A stretch of 61,536 nucleotides of DNA, filler included. It is 4 parts of 4 records of this genome, joined end to end, with 100 filler letters (N's around TTAATTAATTAA, not from the genome) between each part and the next. Parts side by side here need not be neighbours in the genome. Positions count along the whole stretch, not along the records: positions 1 to 18,253 come from SRR20825019_442; 3 more parts are not named here. One strand, given 5' to 3'. Each line of letters starts with the position of its first letter. Positions within the stretch are counted from its first letter, which is position 1. A model generated the notes under the pieces. That model was not told the DNA's origin. It worked only from the letters and a program-made list of their open reading frames with translations, and ran no database searches. This document shows positions 1 through 15,469 of the stretch, piece after piece. The translations under genes and the position numbers were made by a program.

Positions 1-28
1 TGTGTGTGTGTGTGTGTGTGTGTGTGTG
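1..28. repeat. (TG)14 microsatellite at the contig end, probably intronic
   Basis: Pure TG repeat followed by a 3' splice acceptor (tacag, ends at 65). Confidence 0.9.
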
Positions 29-65
29 ATCCTATATAATCTCGTTCTGATTGATCATGTTACAG

Positions 66-831
66 AGAGGAGAAGGACCGCGATGCCCAAGAAACTGTAG
101 CCGAGTACGAAGACATGGTATCTGCCCTAGAGGCTCAGAAGGTCGAGTTTCAGATCAAGTATGAGGAAGCCCTCGGGGAGCTAGAGCAGCTCCGCGTCGA
201 CAGAGCAGAGAAAGAAAGGAAAGGCTTGGATGAGGCAACAAGGATGCGGAACGAGTTATTGGCAGAGCAAGAACGACTGAAGGAAGAGCATGAGCGCATT
301 TCTGCTGAGAAAAGAGAACTAGAGGAAGCTCGTGCTGCCTGGGCGGCAATAGAAGCTGAGAAAGAGAGGGTTAGGGATGAACGCAAAGCTATTGAAGCTG
401 AGAAGGAACAGTTAAGTGAAGTTCGAAGACAAGCCGAGATTGAAAGATTGGCTCACGAGGAGAAAGTGAAGGAAGACTCGAAGCGCCTAGAACATCTGAG
501 GGATGAACAGGCTGATATTGCAAAGAAAGAAGAGGAGCTTCTGAAGAGGATGGCGGAAATGCAAAAAGTTAGGGACAATGAGGGTCAGGCGGACCACCTT
601 GTTTTGGAGGCAACCCCTGCGATGCCTCTGCCACATGTTGAAAAGAAGAAGGCGTCACGAAAAGGATTCTTTACATGTGGTACGCTGAACCCCATGAACT
701 GCTCACCAGGAACTGGTGTGCTTGACTACATGCCTTCCATGCCAGGCCTTCCTTGGAGGCGCAAGGGTGAAGTCGAATCAACAAGTTCCCCTCCGAAGCC
801 AGAAAAGAGAGAAGAAGCACATGACGCATGA
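66..831 (+). CDS. Last exon of a Glu/Lys/Arg-rich coiled-coil protein (5' truncated)
   Basis: Open frame from the acceptor at 65 to TGA at 831; heptad-like E/K/R-rich sequence. Confidence 0.7.
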
Positions 832-1012
832 GTTGATGGTCATACCAGGGATGGTATCAGTCATTATCACCAACCAGATGAGCTTGGTCCCCAAATCTTC
901 AGGATATCATTGATGGACTTTCTACTCTCAATGATTTGGAACGCATTGGTTTGATCCCCTTTTTCCTTCAGTTTTGCCAGGATCTGAATATCAAACTCGT
1001 ATTTGAGTCCGA

Positions 1013-3120
1013 TTAATGTTGATCATAAATGGTAACACTCACCTCATCGTTTGATAGATAGTACTTGAGCTCTTCCTTATGGCATTCGATCATGTGATTC
1101 TTAAAGAAATCACTGCCTCTCATGAGGAGCAAGATAGCGTGTAGGTGCACCATAAGCTTCCCTCCCTGCACAAACGTCTCAATGACTGGTGTCACATTCA
1201 AGCGGCGGAAGTGGAAACTCACCGATTCTTCCATATACACTCCATCGGGACAATCCACCACCGCCAGCAGATGCCTCGACATATTTGATACGATGTTGCA
1301 GAATTGCTCATTGCGGAACTCGCGAATGTGTTCGATTTCCTTCACCAGCTCTGCAGTTGATCGATGAGAGAAGTGCTCATGCTCCGCTTGTTGCGCCAAT
1401 TTCTGGCGGGCTGATTTTTAGAACCGACAACGAGAACCTGCAACACCTGCGTACCTCGAAATCGGTGATCAGTTGTACTTGAGCCTCCAGTATCTGTGTC
1501 TGTTGAAGCTTAATGGCATCTTCTTTTGTGTTTACGTCTTCTCCATATCGTACAGGTGCGAATACATTGCGAACTAGTGCTGCAAAGCTGGTGCATGGCG
1601 CGGGATCAGGGAAAGAGCCATAAAATAGATAAAGAACGAATATACCTGCGAGGCTTCGGCATAAGGAAGAGAACCAACCTCTGTCTCACCGAATTACTAT
1701 CAAATATGACCGCATGTAGGGTCTCTGTAGTTGATCTACAGCGTCAGGGATAATTGTCCATCAGTTCCTTTCTATGAACCTACCCATTATCACCAAAATA
1801 TATTCCACTTCATCATCTCTTGGATACTTCATGCGCTGATTGGTTTCCTCGTCTAAAACCAAATCACCGGTCTTCCGAGGAATTCGATAATATACCAGCT
1901 CATCAAAAATGAAGGTCACCAAGGCCTCACTTGTCAAAAAGAACTTTTTCAATATAGAAGAGTTCTTCACGGCAAGGCACAGTTCCTCCATGAGGTCGAC
2001 CTTTCTCTCCAAGTCGACCAAAGTGCAGGACAACAATTCATCCTTCAACTAGACACAGTGAAGTCAACATTCGGATTCGCCCTGAGAAAGCACATAGCGC
2101 ACCTGATCAAAGAGGGCATGTTGCCTATCCGCTTGCCTCTTTTCCATCTTCCGTTGCTGTGCTTTTGACAAGGTACTTGCCTGAATAGCAGTGATAAGGA
2201 CACATTTTAACGTGAGACTCGCATATCCTAACCATGCTAAATTGCGACACAAGCGATCTAGTCGGAGATTGGAGGTCTGCCCTTGACTCATTATCTGACA
2301 CTCCTCTAAACGAGACCACTGATCTTGCGGATGGTGACCTATGAGCCATGGGTGACTGTGGAGTAGTGGGTTCATCATCATGTGCCTCTGCACTAGGACC
2401 TGTCTTGCGACCTGATTTTTCCTTCTTTTCCTTCTTGATTTTCTTCAGCTCCTCCTTTGATTGTATCCCTTTAGGCAAGTGTGTGCTCGCAACAAATGAC
2501 TGCCTTGCATTATTAATAACCTGGAGCATCATATCCCCTACACATACGAAATCAGTGAATGCAAGTATCGGTAAAAAATACCAAAAAAATTATACCATTT
2601 GTCCGGTACGTCAAAAACTCATAGACTCGCTCTCCGAGCTTCTCCTCGGACCGAAACTTAATAACAAATTTTTTGGCTCTCCGCTTGCTAGTTTCGTCCA
2701 TCCAAAAGAGGCCTTCGTTGTGAATAGAAACATCAATGATATCCTTTATGAAAACTATGACGAAAAAAAACTCCATTATCATCAAGAGGTTCACATACAA
2801 ACAAACATACCTGTCTTTTTGGGGATACGTTTCATTCCCAGAGCAAAGGCGAATAACATATCTTCAGTCAAAATTATATATCGAAAGTCAGGGGAGGGGT
2901 TTAACTTCTTAGTGACAATACAAAACTCCCAATAGAGGATAGACGAAAATACTTCAGTTGGGAGCATCTTTCGAAGTGCAGCGTCGATAGTGGGCTCTCT
3001 TACCCATCCCGTGTTTTCGGAGGAAAAGTGGTCAACAGAAGCTGCGTATGATATAGTGCCACGCCTGGAAAGATGTTGGTTCACAGACGGAGAGGTGGCT
3101 TTCAACTCTTGGATAGACAT
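1013..3120 (-). CDS. Multi-exon C12orf56/DUF4551-like protein
   Basis: ORF pieces 2791-3123, 2552-2800, 2125-2532, 1761-2048 and 1013-1399 are separated by short GT-AG introns. IDAALRKMLPTEVFSSILYWEFCIV..FRYIILTEDMLF and LERKVDLMEELCLAVKNSSILKKFF resemble C12orf56 from memory. Confidence 0.55.
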
Positions 3121-3194
3121 CACGTGCTTGGTGCCAAACCTGGACGCTCACCTCACGTAGATATCGATATCATTACTTAAGTGATAACCATCAG

Positions 3195-4000
3195 TTGTGA
3201 GTCATGGGCCGGGTGGTGCCGACGGTGACCCCGGCAGGTCAGCTGCTTTTCGCACAGGGCCTGCAGCCGAACGCTTTGCCGGCCAGTCCACCCCACACAC
3301 ACACACACACCCTCAACAGACACACACAGCAAGTAACCAGCACACGGTAAACCGCCGGAACTCAGGAGTGGGACACTCCACAGGGAGTTCACTATCGATC
3401 ACCTCACGCAAGGCGCCCGGCCCCGAGCCGGGGCTCGTCGCCCGAACGGCGGGCTTCGCGGGGTTGGGCGTGCCAGCGGCAGGGTGCACTCGCAGCGGCT
3501 CGAGTGTCCCGCAGGGGAGGGCGGTCACCTGGCCGGACCCCCGGGGACGGGACCGCAAACTGAACCTGACTGCCCTACGCAAACCCGGGCGGCCGCGCCG
3601 GCCGCCCAACAATTTTTTGGGGCGCGGCCGGTTCGGCCGCCGCTCCCGCTCACTTGGCCCGGCCGGCGGCCCGGTCGCGAGCGGCCTGCGGATCCGTGTC
3701 CGGGCCCGGCGGGCGGGCGGCCGCCGCCAGCGCCGGCGGGCCCACCGATCGCGCTCGGGAATGCAGCACGACTGCACTCACTGCACGCGGCGGTCGGGTG
3801 GGACGGGTGCAGTCGGGGCTCGCCGGTCAGGTGCCGGGTGTCCGCTGACGCTTTTGTCAGGAGTCTCGGACCGCGCAGGTTGAGTTCGGAGTCCGTGGGC
3901 CCGCCGGCCGGCCGGCGTCCCCTGGCCGGGCGGCCGGCCGGCCCCCGCGCCGGGCCGGCCCGGACTGCTGAGCACTCCCCGGGAGTCAGTGATCAGGCAA
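3195..4000. promoter_or_regulatory. GC/CpG-rich island upstream of the DUF4551-like gene; includes a (CA)n tract at about 3294-3328
   Basis: Abrupt switch to GGCC/CCGG-rich non-coding sequence next to a start codon. Confidence 0.55.
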
Positions 4001-4074
4001 CTTTGAACTTTTCAGTGCGTGCAACCGTTTTAGGTGGATGTACGCATTCCGCATGATTCCTATTTTAATCAAAC

Positions 4075-6128
4075 TCAAAAAGTATTTGTCAACATTCTTG
4101 TTGCTGCGCGGTTCGTGATCCACATGCCATTCTGCGCGTGAATGTGAGTTTGCATGCCATCCCGAATATGTCCTGAAGAAATTTATCTCCTACCGTATGG
4201 CCATCCAATATGCGCTCTTGAACCCCCGCCAGAACCCCCGCGAAACTATTTTTAGACTCCAAATTTTCGGAGAACGCATCGAGGAACTCGTCCACTGCAA
4301 GGAGATCAACCTCGTATACCGCACAACAAATACTATTTCCCACCAGTTTCAATAGGAGTTTCATGAGGAAGCAAGGGCATTGATGCCAAGACTCCAGTAA
4401 CATTCTCACACGATATCTCGTTGATATTGGTAATATCTTGTAAGAGAGTCAGCGAACAACCTGGCCACCATGCGACGCCAGTAGCATTACCGAACTTGCT
4501 CTTCTTCTGCGAAAACTGTGGTGCGGCAACTATCATCAAGTTAAAGCAATTATCCCCACGATTCTGCGAATTCAAGTTTCAGATATGGGTTCATTCCGCA
4601 TTAACCTTTCATGGACGCACAGCTTCGGCAAGCATTTCAGCCTGATCGCCCAAATTCACACAGCATTTCTTGTTCATCTTCTCCACCTCAAACTTGGAGG
4701 CAATAATTTCTGTGCGACTGAAGAGACTATCCTCCGACGATAGAAATGAATTTACGCCGTTTACACTGCAAAAAAGTGCATTAAAAGTCATATCTTGATT
4801 TGAATTTCAATACGCACCATGCGGCATGACCAACAAAGATGGCCAAGGCAGCAACTCCCTTATTCTTGGGATGCCCTTGAGTTTCTTGAACAAATTCTAA
4901 AAACTTCTTTTGAATGGTAGACTTACTGGTGTCCAATACCTAAAGAAGAATGAGTGTGCGATGGCAATACCTCCACCTTGTCGCACCTTGATAACGCTGA
5001 ATCCCTTACACACAAGTTGCTCGCACACTCCCAAAGCGGTGGCCTTCAAGGCTTGGAGAGACACTGTTCGATAATTTGATTGAATGCATACAAATGCAAC
5101 CTTGACATCAAATTCTTTGCTTATCATGCACTTTGGTAGATCCTCGGCGGCAGTACCATTACCAATGTCTTCTCCGGCCCCGGTCTTGTTCCCTGTTTCC
5201 GTAGCATCTGAAGGCATGACAATCGAATCCACAAACGTTTTAACCAGCTTTTGATATAATCCTTCTGTTCCGTCTGTCATTAAGTTACATGACATCATTT
5301 GAGAAAGCGATGGTGTACGGGAGGTTTTGTCCATTAGAACGCATATCGAACATAAACCGTCTTTCTTTTCTACAATAAGGCTCATGATTTTTTGGCAAAC
5401 CGGATTGATAGAACTGTGGCGGCTGTGAAGAATCAAAGCCATATTGCTCTTCTTTAACATCCTTACAGTTCGCTTGAAGAATGGCTTAGTCTCTTTGTAG
5501 CGATTTTCATCCTCAGCTTGAATATAAAATGAATCCTCGATCCCCATAGATGTTAGAGTAGATGCAATTTCTTGTGCTCTTGCAAGGTCACTCTTTGCAC
5601 AGCAAACATACACAAGCCCGGACTGCGCGGACTACTTGAGCCATTCATGACTACAAGAATAGGGAATACGTACCGAATAGTCTATATTTTCATTATCGAT
5701 CTCTTCCTCCGAAACTTCTCTCTCCATGTTCACCGTCACCACACCTTCCTCTTCGCTACCAAATGATATCATATCCAATGTTTCAGACACCTGCACAGGA
5801 GGTGAGATCGCTTAAATGGTGGCTTGAGTAATGGACGATATAATTACATTGATACGCATGACCCGGCTATTGGAACAAAACCATTTTCCTACTATCTGCC
5901 CTCTCTCTTCATCGCCTTTGTGAACAACTACTGCATCCTGTTCCTCTGACGCAACCTCTACTAAAGTAAACGTGTTCATGAAACCTGAGAAGAACAGTTA
6001 CAAACTCAGCCGGGCTCTAGGGATTCTCCCTCACCAGCAGCAGTGACAGTACATCTGGTCACAGCGTCTGCAGAGCCATCGCAAACAACAATTGAAATAC
6101 TTGAACTTGGTTCAATCTGAAAAGGCAT
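4075..6128 (-). CDS. Multi-exon protein with a TIR-like domain and a C-terminal caspase-like (peptidase C14 fold) domain, both apparently inactive
   Basis: Spliced by hand from ATG 6128 (MPFQIEPSSS) to TGA 4075; first intron 5985-6034. TIR-like: VYVCCAKSDLARAQEIASTLTSMGI..LKKSNMALILHSRHSSINPVCQKI. Caspase-like: LAIFVGHAACVNGVNSFLSSED, NLMIVAAPQ, FLDAFSENL..VLAGVQERI. Confidence 0.55.
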
Positions 6129-6259
6129 TCTTCTTTCTTAAAACCTTCTGAGACAGAAAATAAACTTCACTTCTAAACTGCTGAAGATACCGTGCTAGTG
6201 TTGGCCGTTCTTCTTAAAGGAGCAAAAGTCCAACTGTGGCAGTGAGAACATCGACTCGT

Positions 6260-6830
6260 AGTGAGTGTCTCAGCTGGGGATTTTCTATAACACGACCTTT
6301 GCGCCACAGTTTGTTGCGTGGTCACGCCACCACGTGACCTGCCACCCACGGCCACTTTTTTTTGAGCAGCCGAACTGTCCGGTGTGCACCGCGCATTGTG
6401 CGGGGGTGGGGGGGGTGTCCAGTCCGGGCCGTCATCACTCCGAGTGTCAGGCCAGTGCGTGCACCATCGCGGAGGATGGCGGCGGAGCTGAGGGTGTGGT
6501 GCCTGCCCGGCCGCCCGAGAGGGGGGCACCCGCCGCCAGGACCGGCCGGAGCCCGGCCCGCTGCGCGACCGGACGCCACCGCGGGCCCGCGGCCGGCGCG
6601 AACTTGCTGAGATGCAGTGCCCGGGAGACGGAACTGACTCCCGGCGACCCGATGCGGGGGGTCCCTCCACGGTGTGGTGGTGGCCGGCGGTGTGAGCAAG
6701 ATGCCGACGGCCCAGCTGGCTGACGACGGTGTCAAGCACGGATCAGCAGGGCTCGTCAGTCACGCAGCGGCCGCGGCTCCTCCCGACCGTGGTGTGCCCA
6801 TACTTTCGCTTCACGGCGTGCATCAGTTAC
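6260..6830. promoter_or_regulatory. GC/CpG-rich island upstream of the TIR/caspase-like gene
   Basis: Composition shift next to the ATG at 6128. Confidence 0.55.
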
Positions 6831-7058
6831 GACGCAATCAAAAACGATGTTCATAGTTGACACATAACAAATATATATTCTGTCCTATGAGTGTGATGAC
6901 GCTCGGCGGGCCCCTGCCGCCGCCAGCAAAATCGTTCTTTATCGACTGGCCCAGCCATCACTCTTACGCAGACCTGGGTTCAGCAAAAGAGTAGAGACCC
7001 AGTGGTATTGTACAGCAGGCTGCATTTCGATGCATATAAATATTCGTTTGATACACCG

Positions 7059-8433
7059 TTAAACCAGTTTCCGATGTCTCTTCAGGTAGCCATCGTAGTG
7101 CGAAGCATTCAATGGAGGCGCAACATCGTCAAAGTTCTTGTTCATCCCAACAACCACGTGGAAAGGCTTCACAGTATGTCAGAGCAAATAGAAAGCAACA
7201 CGTTATGTTTTTACCTTATCAGTGAGCTTAGTGCCATTCGATTCACGGGTCACTGTCTGCAGCTTGTTAGTATGACGGGTTCCCTTTCCGATTGATGTTA
7301 CGTATTCATGCTTTGACTTGGCAACAGTGATGAAGTCAGGCTGTGAGACTGGAAAATTTTCGTAAGCACCAACATAATTGATGCAGAACCTGCATCGCTC
7401 TTACTTCTGGCTAGCTTGCTGTACTTGTATTCGGACCATTCTGCTTCCTTCTCTGCGCCGAATGGTGAAGATGCCAAGAGACTGGTCTCCACAGGCTTGT
7501 TTCTGATATGGGCAAGGACGTCTGCTCTCATGAAAGGCCCTCTGACACCAAGTCGCAGGTGACTATAGTAATTCTGGCTCGCTAGATCCGGGGCATCTGG
7601 CTGATTCTTAAGCTTTGGTAAAATAGTTGCTCGTTTCTTCTTAATACGCTGCAAAGTACTAAGCTTTTAGCAGTACGCAATAACTAGCACATACCCCGAC
7701 CGCATTCATTTTAAGGTGTGTTTCAACAGGAACCCCGAAGGCTGACGGTTTGATTTCTTGGTATGGTGAGTTGTAGATTCCTGGTATGGATGAAGTACTG
7801 AGCAAATGATGCAAACTTTTGGCCAGCTTGTTGAACTCTTTCTGCTCTGATTCAAGGACTCGTTGCTGGTGCACTGGTTAGAGGACATGACAGCTGTTCC
7901 TACACAATCATATCAACCTGCTCATATTGAATCTGTTCCTGCTCAATATTTGCCAGCTTGGCCCTGAATTCATCTCCTTTAGCAGCTACCGACATCACGT
8001 AGCGTTTTCGAGTGTAATAACTATGTATGTATTTTCGACTCCTCCAGCCTCTCCACCTGCCACGCGATTAATACAGGTGCACAAAGACTGCAGGTATGAT
8101 CCCTTACATTTTCTGAATTGTCTGAGCACACTTGAAGTAGTACCTCATTTTCTCGTCTACGGCTCTCTGCATCAATCTGCTCTCTGCTTCTTTCCTTCCG
8201 AGAAACCCTCTGAATACGCGTTGAATATGATACACTGCTTTGACCCTCTGTTTTATCTCCTTTCGAGCCACATAGGCGCGGAACAGCCTCTGAATATTGA
8301 CCGCCTCTCTGATTTCTTCTTTTCGAGCAGCGTCAGCACTCCGTGCACAGGAGATAATATAGCGCAACACATCATCTTTAGATTGAACCAGACTCTGGAA
8401 GCCTATGAAGTGTTCGGCTGGATCCCACTCCAT
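7059..8433 (-). CDS. SPATA17: SPATA17-like IQ-motif protein (multi-exon)
   Basis: IQ motifs IQRLFRAYVARK and IQRVFRGFLGRK plus the signature LHHLLSTSSIPGIYNSPY; ATG 8433, spliced stop TAA at 7059. Confidence 0.75.
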
Positions 8434-8519
8434 ATTTCCGTGAAACACGGCGCGACCACTTAGTATTGAAGGCATTATGTACATATAAAACGCAACCTGG
8501 GACAAGGTATGAAGCTGTC

Positions 8520-9130
8520 GCCGGCTTCTAAGCCCCATCCGATCATTGCGCCGGACCCGTGAGCACCGAATCATGTGGGGGCCTCGGTGTCAGTGTACTG
8601 GATGAGTGACGGCCCTCCGAGTCAATTGGGCGCGTCCGGTCCGGTGATCCATGCGGCGCCGGCCAGTCCCGGACCACGGACCCAATCGTCGCCGTGCAGC
8701 GGTTACCGACGATGGTGAGCACGTCAGGGCCCTGCCCTATCCACATCACGATACACGATCTCGTACAATCTCCGTAATTTTACGGTTACTCTTTAATTTT
8801 AAGCTCAGACCGGAGGATTCATGCCGATGCCAAGCGTACGTGGTGGATTGAACGGGACTATGCGCGGTCAGTGCGCTAGGTAGCTAGTAGCCTGGACGAA
8901 TCTTCAGGATCTGACCGGACTCCGGGGCACCGTGTGGGTTGTCGCTCCCCCGCAAAAGTCTCCGACTGCCACGCTAGTGCCGCGATCGGGCCCTCCGCCT
9001 CGCCCCGCGCCAAGGCGCTCCACCCGCCCATCAGGATTGGCCGTTCGACCCCCGTCCGGGATCAGCGGATGGCAACAACCAGTGAGGCCCGCAATGAGAC
9101 AGAGGAAAGAAAAGCGGGCCAGTCATGTTC
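8520..9130. promoter_or_regulatory. GC-rich bidirectional promoter region between SPATA17 and the GH59 gene
   Basis: Two GC-rich blocks with an AT-richer core between head-to-head genes. Confidence 0.5.
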
Positions 9131-9224
9131 ACCGGGTGGTTTGCACTCATCACGGCTACACCTGGACCCTTCTCACAAATATTTAATTTCTGCTACTGCA
9201 GAACAAGCCAGAAACCTCGGGAAA

Positions 9225-12243
<3,019 letters not shown>

Positions 12244-12329
12244 TATGATTTGATAACTTGAATATCAACTAAACCAGTCTTCTGAAAGTTCTATTTTCGG
12301 CTTGCATGAACAGTGCCACCACCGGTTTT

Positions 12330-12868
12330 CATGACAGCTAGCTCACGGTCATTGGACTCGACATCCGGCGGGCGACTAAGCTCTACTAGTAGAGCAAACT
12401 CGACGCGTAGCCCGCAGTGTCACGTCGCGTGAGCATTCTTGGCCGCAAGCCAGCCCACCACTCCTCCTGACCACGCGGCACCTGACGGCCGGACCGCCAT
12501 GACCCGGCAGGCCCTTTCACTGAGTGGTCCGTACTCCCGAACGGAGCCCCGCCCGGCAGCCGCGGGCCGCCGGGCCCGCGATGACGGCTCACCCCGTCAT
12601 TCAACTTTCAACGATTGCATCGGACGCCGGCCAGTCACTGTCAGGCGCCGTCGTGCTCAGGACCGACCTGCAACGGATCCAGTTTCCGAACCGTGAGCAC
12701 TCAGGACGAGGCCCAACCGGGCATGGCCTGGCCAATACTGATGAGGCCGGGGCGAGGCAGGTCGGTCGCGTCACTGTGACGGCCCCAACCGAGCGCCCTG
12801 TCTTTGGGTGACCGGTCTGCCTCCCGCAGGGCACGGCCCGTCAGTGAATGAGCCGTCATCCGATAGCC
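12330..12868. promoter_or_regulatory. GC/CpG-rich island upstream of the EF-hand gene
   Basis: Composition shift ending at ATG 12869. Confidence 0.55.
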
Positions 12869-13528
12869 ATGTGGCGTGCGGGGCTGCAGGTGCTCTTTTG
12901 TTTTGCTGCCTGAACATGATCATCGTTGTTGACTCACTTTTCGGGATGTGCAATAGGTTTTGGACTGTTTGCTCCGGTTCCTTGCTGCAGCCTTGATTGT
13001 GGTATGCCACCTTCGGTCTTCCGTCTGGATATACGACATAAAGACAGCAACAGGGAACAGTCTCACGTCCTCAAGGCAAGATGGGTTTGATGGGCTTCCT
13101 TGACAACTTGGACCCATTTCCTATTGACTGCAAATACAGCTTTGGTATTTTCACATGCCCCGACGCCCATCCTCAGACTATCACTGACTCGTACGACGAT
13201 TGCTTCAATAGTTTTCTTGTTTGTGTTTTGACGTATTGGCAGGTACCAAACGGACCACTATTCCGTGTCTAATATGCACGAGACGACCACATCTACTTTC
13301 AACTACCACAACGACCAAATTTCTTCGGCTCAGATATGCGTGGGTAGTGACTGTAAGACGTTGGATCAGCCTGCTGCCGAGAAGTTTGTTGCAGCCTTCG
13401 ACGCAAGTGGGGATGGGAAAATTTCAAACTCTGAGTTCAAGAATGGAGTTGTAAATAGTCTGGACTATTGGGTTAACTTCAAGAAAGACAATGATATGGA
13501 CAACTTCCCTATTAAGTATGTTGTTTAA
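12869..13528 (+). CDS. Small, probably secreted protein with one EF-hand (multi-exon)
   Basis: Three GT-AG introns join a hydrophobic N-terminus (LLRFLAAALIV) to a last exon with the loop DASGDGKISNSEF. Confidence 0.55.
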
Positions 13529-13598
13529 CTTTATATTGGTCTACTATTTTGTACTAATGTATTGTATACAGCTAAATTTTCACTGACTTGTATCTAGT

Positions 13599-14760
13599 CT
13601 ATTTCAGTCTAACTCCTGATTCACGACCAACTAGCACTTTGGTATTGTCTAGCATATGTGTCCAGTTGCCTTCGTGCTCCCTCAACACATGTCCGTCCTG
13701 TAGTAGGCAAACATCAATACGAGAGAATAGCTGAGCTAACAACTGACTTACCTTCTTGATGGTCATGTTTCTTATGAAAGCAGAGAGTGGACCGGCCCTC
13801 CTAGCCAGGTTACCTTCTGGTACAAACCGACCCTTTAGTGTCATGTAGCCCTGAATTGGAGTTGATTGTGGTTCCATGACAGGATGCATTCTTGGGCACT
13901 TCAAGCTACCAGCTGTGTCCCTCTCTTTCCATGTTATCTTTTCTAAGTAGTTTGGTCTCATTGTCCCATATTCATTCCGCAGACATGAGGGGAAGTTTGT
14001 TTGGGGCTTATTTGTTCCAATTCCGTCATAATTGGAACTATAGTACGGGCTTCCATTAGCTGGCCGACCATGAATTGTCTTGTTCTGATATTCTGGCCGG
14101 TTTGCAAACTTGTACGTAGCAGCCATCCACTCATTCTGGAGCTTCCCTCTCCCAACTGTTGCGTCCAGAGATGAACTAGGACGTCTAGGTCCAGCACTCC
14201 GTGATCTGGAATAGAACATAAGGTCGAGGCTACTACAAACTTTCCGCTCAAAGCTCACCTATTTGTACGGCTAGTGGATGTTGGTGTTGCGCTGCTTGTT
14301 GACTGCAAGAAGGCCTTTCTCACGCATCAGCGACATATTGAGAAAACGATTAAATTTGCCTTACCTCTCTGCTGACTCGTTCGTCAACAGCGAAACCGTA
14401 GGCACCCTTCCTTGCCTCATTAGCCAGGGTTGCCGCAGGAGCGTTGGGATACCTTTGCTCATATGGCACATAGCGCTTGCTCACACCCTCCATGACCCCA
14501 TGGTCCATTCCAGTGCAGAAAAAGTGGACCATCACAATAACTTTAACAACATGGACACCTTTCCTTTTTCAACACGCTTCCTTAAAGAAGTGGGCACCAT
14601 AGCTGCGGCCTGTGGAGGGCCTAACTGCCATACGTTCTAGCTATTCTGCATCACTGAAGTGATTTGGCTTTTGCGTAGCATACCGGACTGTTGCAAGTGC
14701 GTCGACACCAGTGTCTGGGAGTGGGGACTCGTACACGGATGTGGTTATTGGGGTGAACAT
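13599..14760 (-). CDS. Multi-exon hypothetical protein
   Basis: ATG 14760 (MFTPITTSVYESP) next to a GC island; exonic ORFs 14350-14535 and 13599-14258 have GT-AG boundaries; no family recognised. Confidence 0.5.
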
Positions 14761-15320
14761 GGCTCGGCCGACATTTTCGGACCCGGACGGTACGCTCGCC
14801 TGCCCCTGGCTCCGCGGCCCCCGTCCCGCTCGGCGCTGAGTCGGTGCGGCATCACTGAGTATAGTACCGCCTGGCCGGCCGGCGCCCGCCTGGGCCACCA
14901 GGGTGTCGCACCCGGGCCCCACCCCGGCCCCGGCCGCGGGCCGGGCCAGACTCATCAGGCTTCCCGTTGGCTCCTGATAGATCAATCTCCAATTGATCTC
15001 AGGACCAACGAGGATCCAACCGCAAACTGGACTCCAAAGATAAGTGACTTCAAATGATTGGGAACGTTACGGCTGGGGTTGTTCACGGTCCCACTCTCCT
15101 GACGCGGACCCACTTGGCAGAGGGCCGGGCGCGGGGCGGGGTGCGGCCCGGTGCGGGCGCGCCTGAGGCCCGAGGGCGCCCCGGCCGGGCGCGGCGCCGG
15201 CCGGGGCCCGGGCCGGCCAGGCGTCAACGTGGCTCCAGACCCAGGGGTGGTTGCCATCAGCTGAGCCGTGACAGCTGCTGGCCTAACTTAGGGACCCAGT
15301 TCCTTCGGACTGCAGTACGA
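14761..15320. promoter_or_regulatory. GC/CpG-rich bidirectional promoter island
   Basis: Two GC-rich blocks around an AT-richer core between head-to-head genes. Confidence 0.55.
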
Positions 15321-15469
15321 CCAATAGAGGTAACCAAGGGAAGACAATCTATATAATTCTGCAAGTGACAGCTAGTACGATACGAGTGTGAGTGGGTATA
15401 GACGTCACACTACCGAAATCGTGCAGTTGTGTTGTTTGGCAGTCAGTGGCCACATATTTACCACGAGTC

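Noticed and set aside
3197..4056. Long Arg/Gly/Pro/Ala-rich ORFs in the GC islands (also 6173-6739, 14641-15356)
   Set aside because: They occur in several frames at once because stop codons are rare at this GC content; no domains, and unlike the real exons.
13076..13139. Non-canonical GC-AG intron in the EF-hand gene
   Set aside because: An alternative model using only GT-AG introns keeps the frame.
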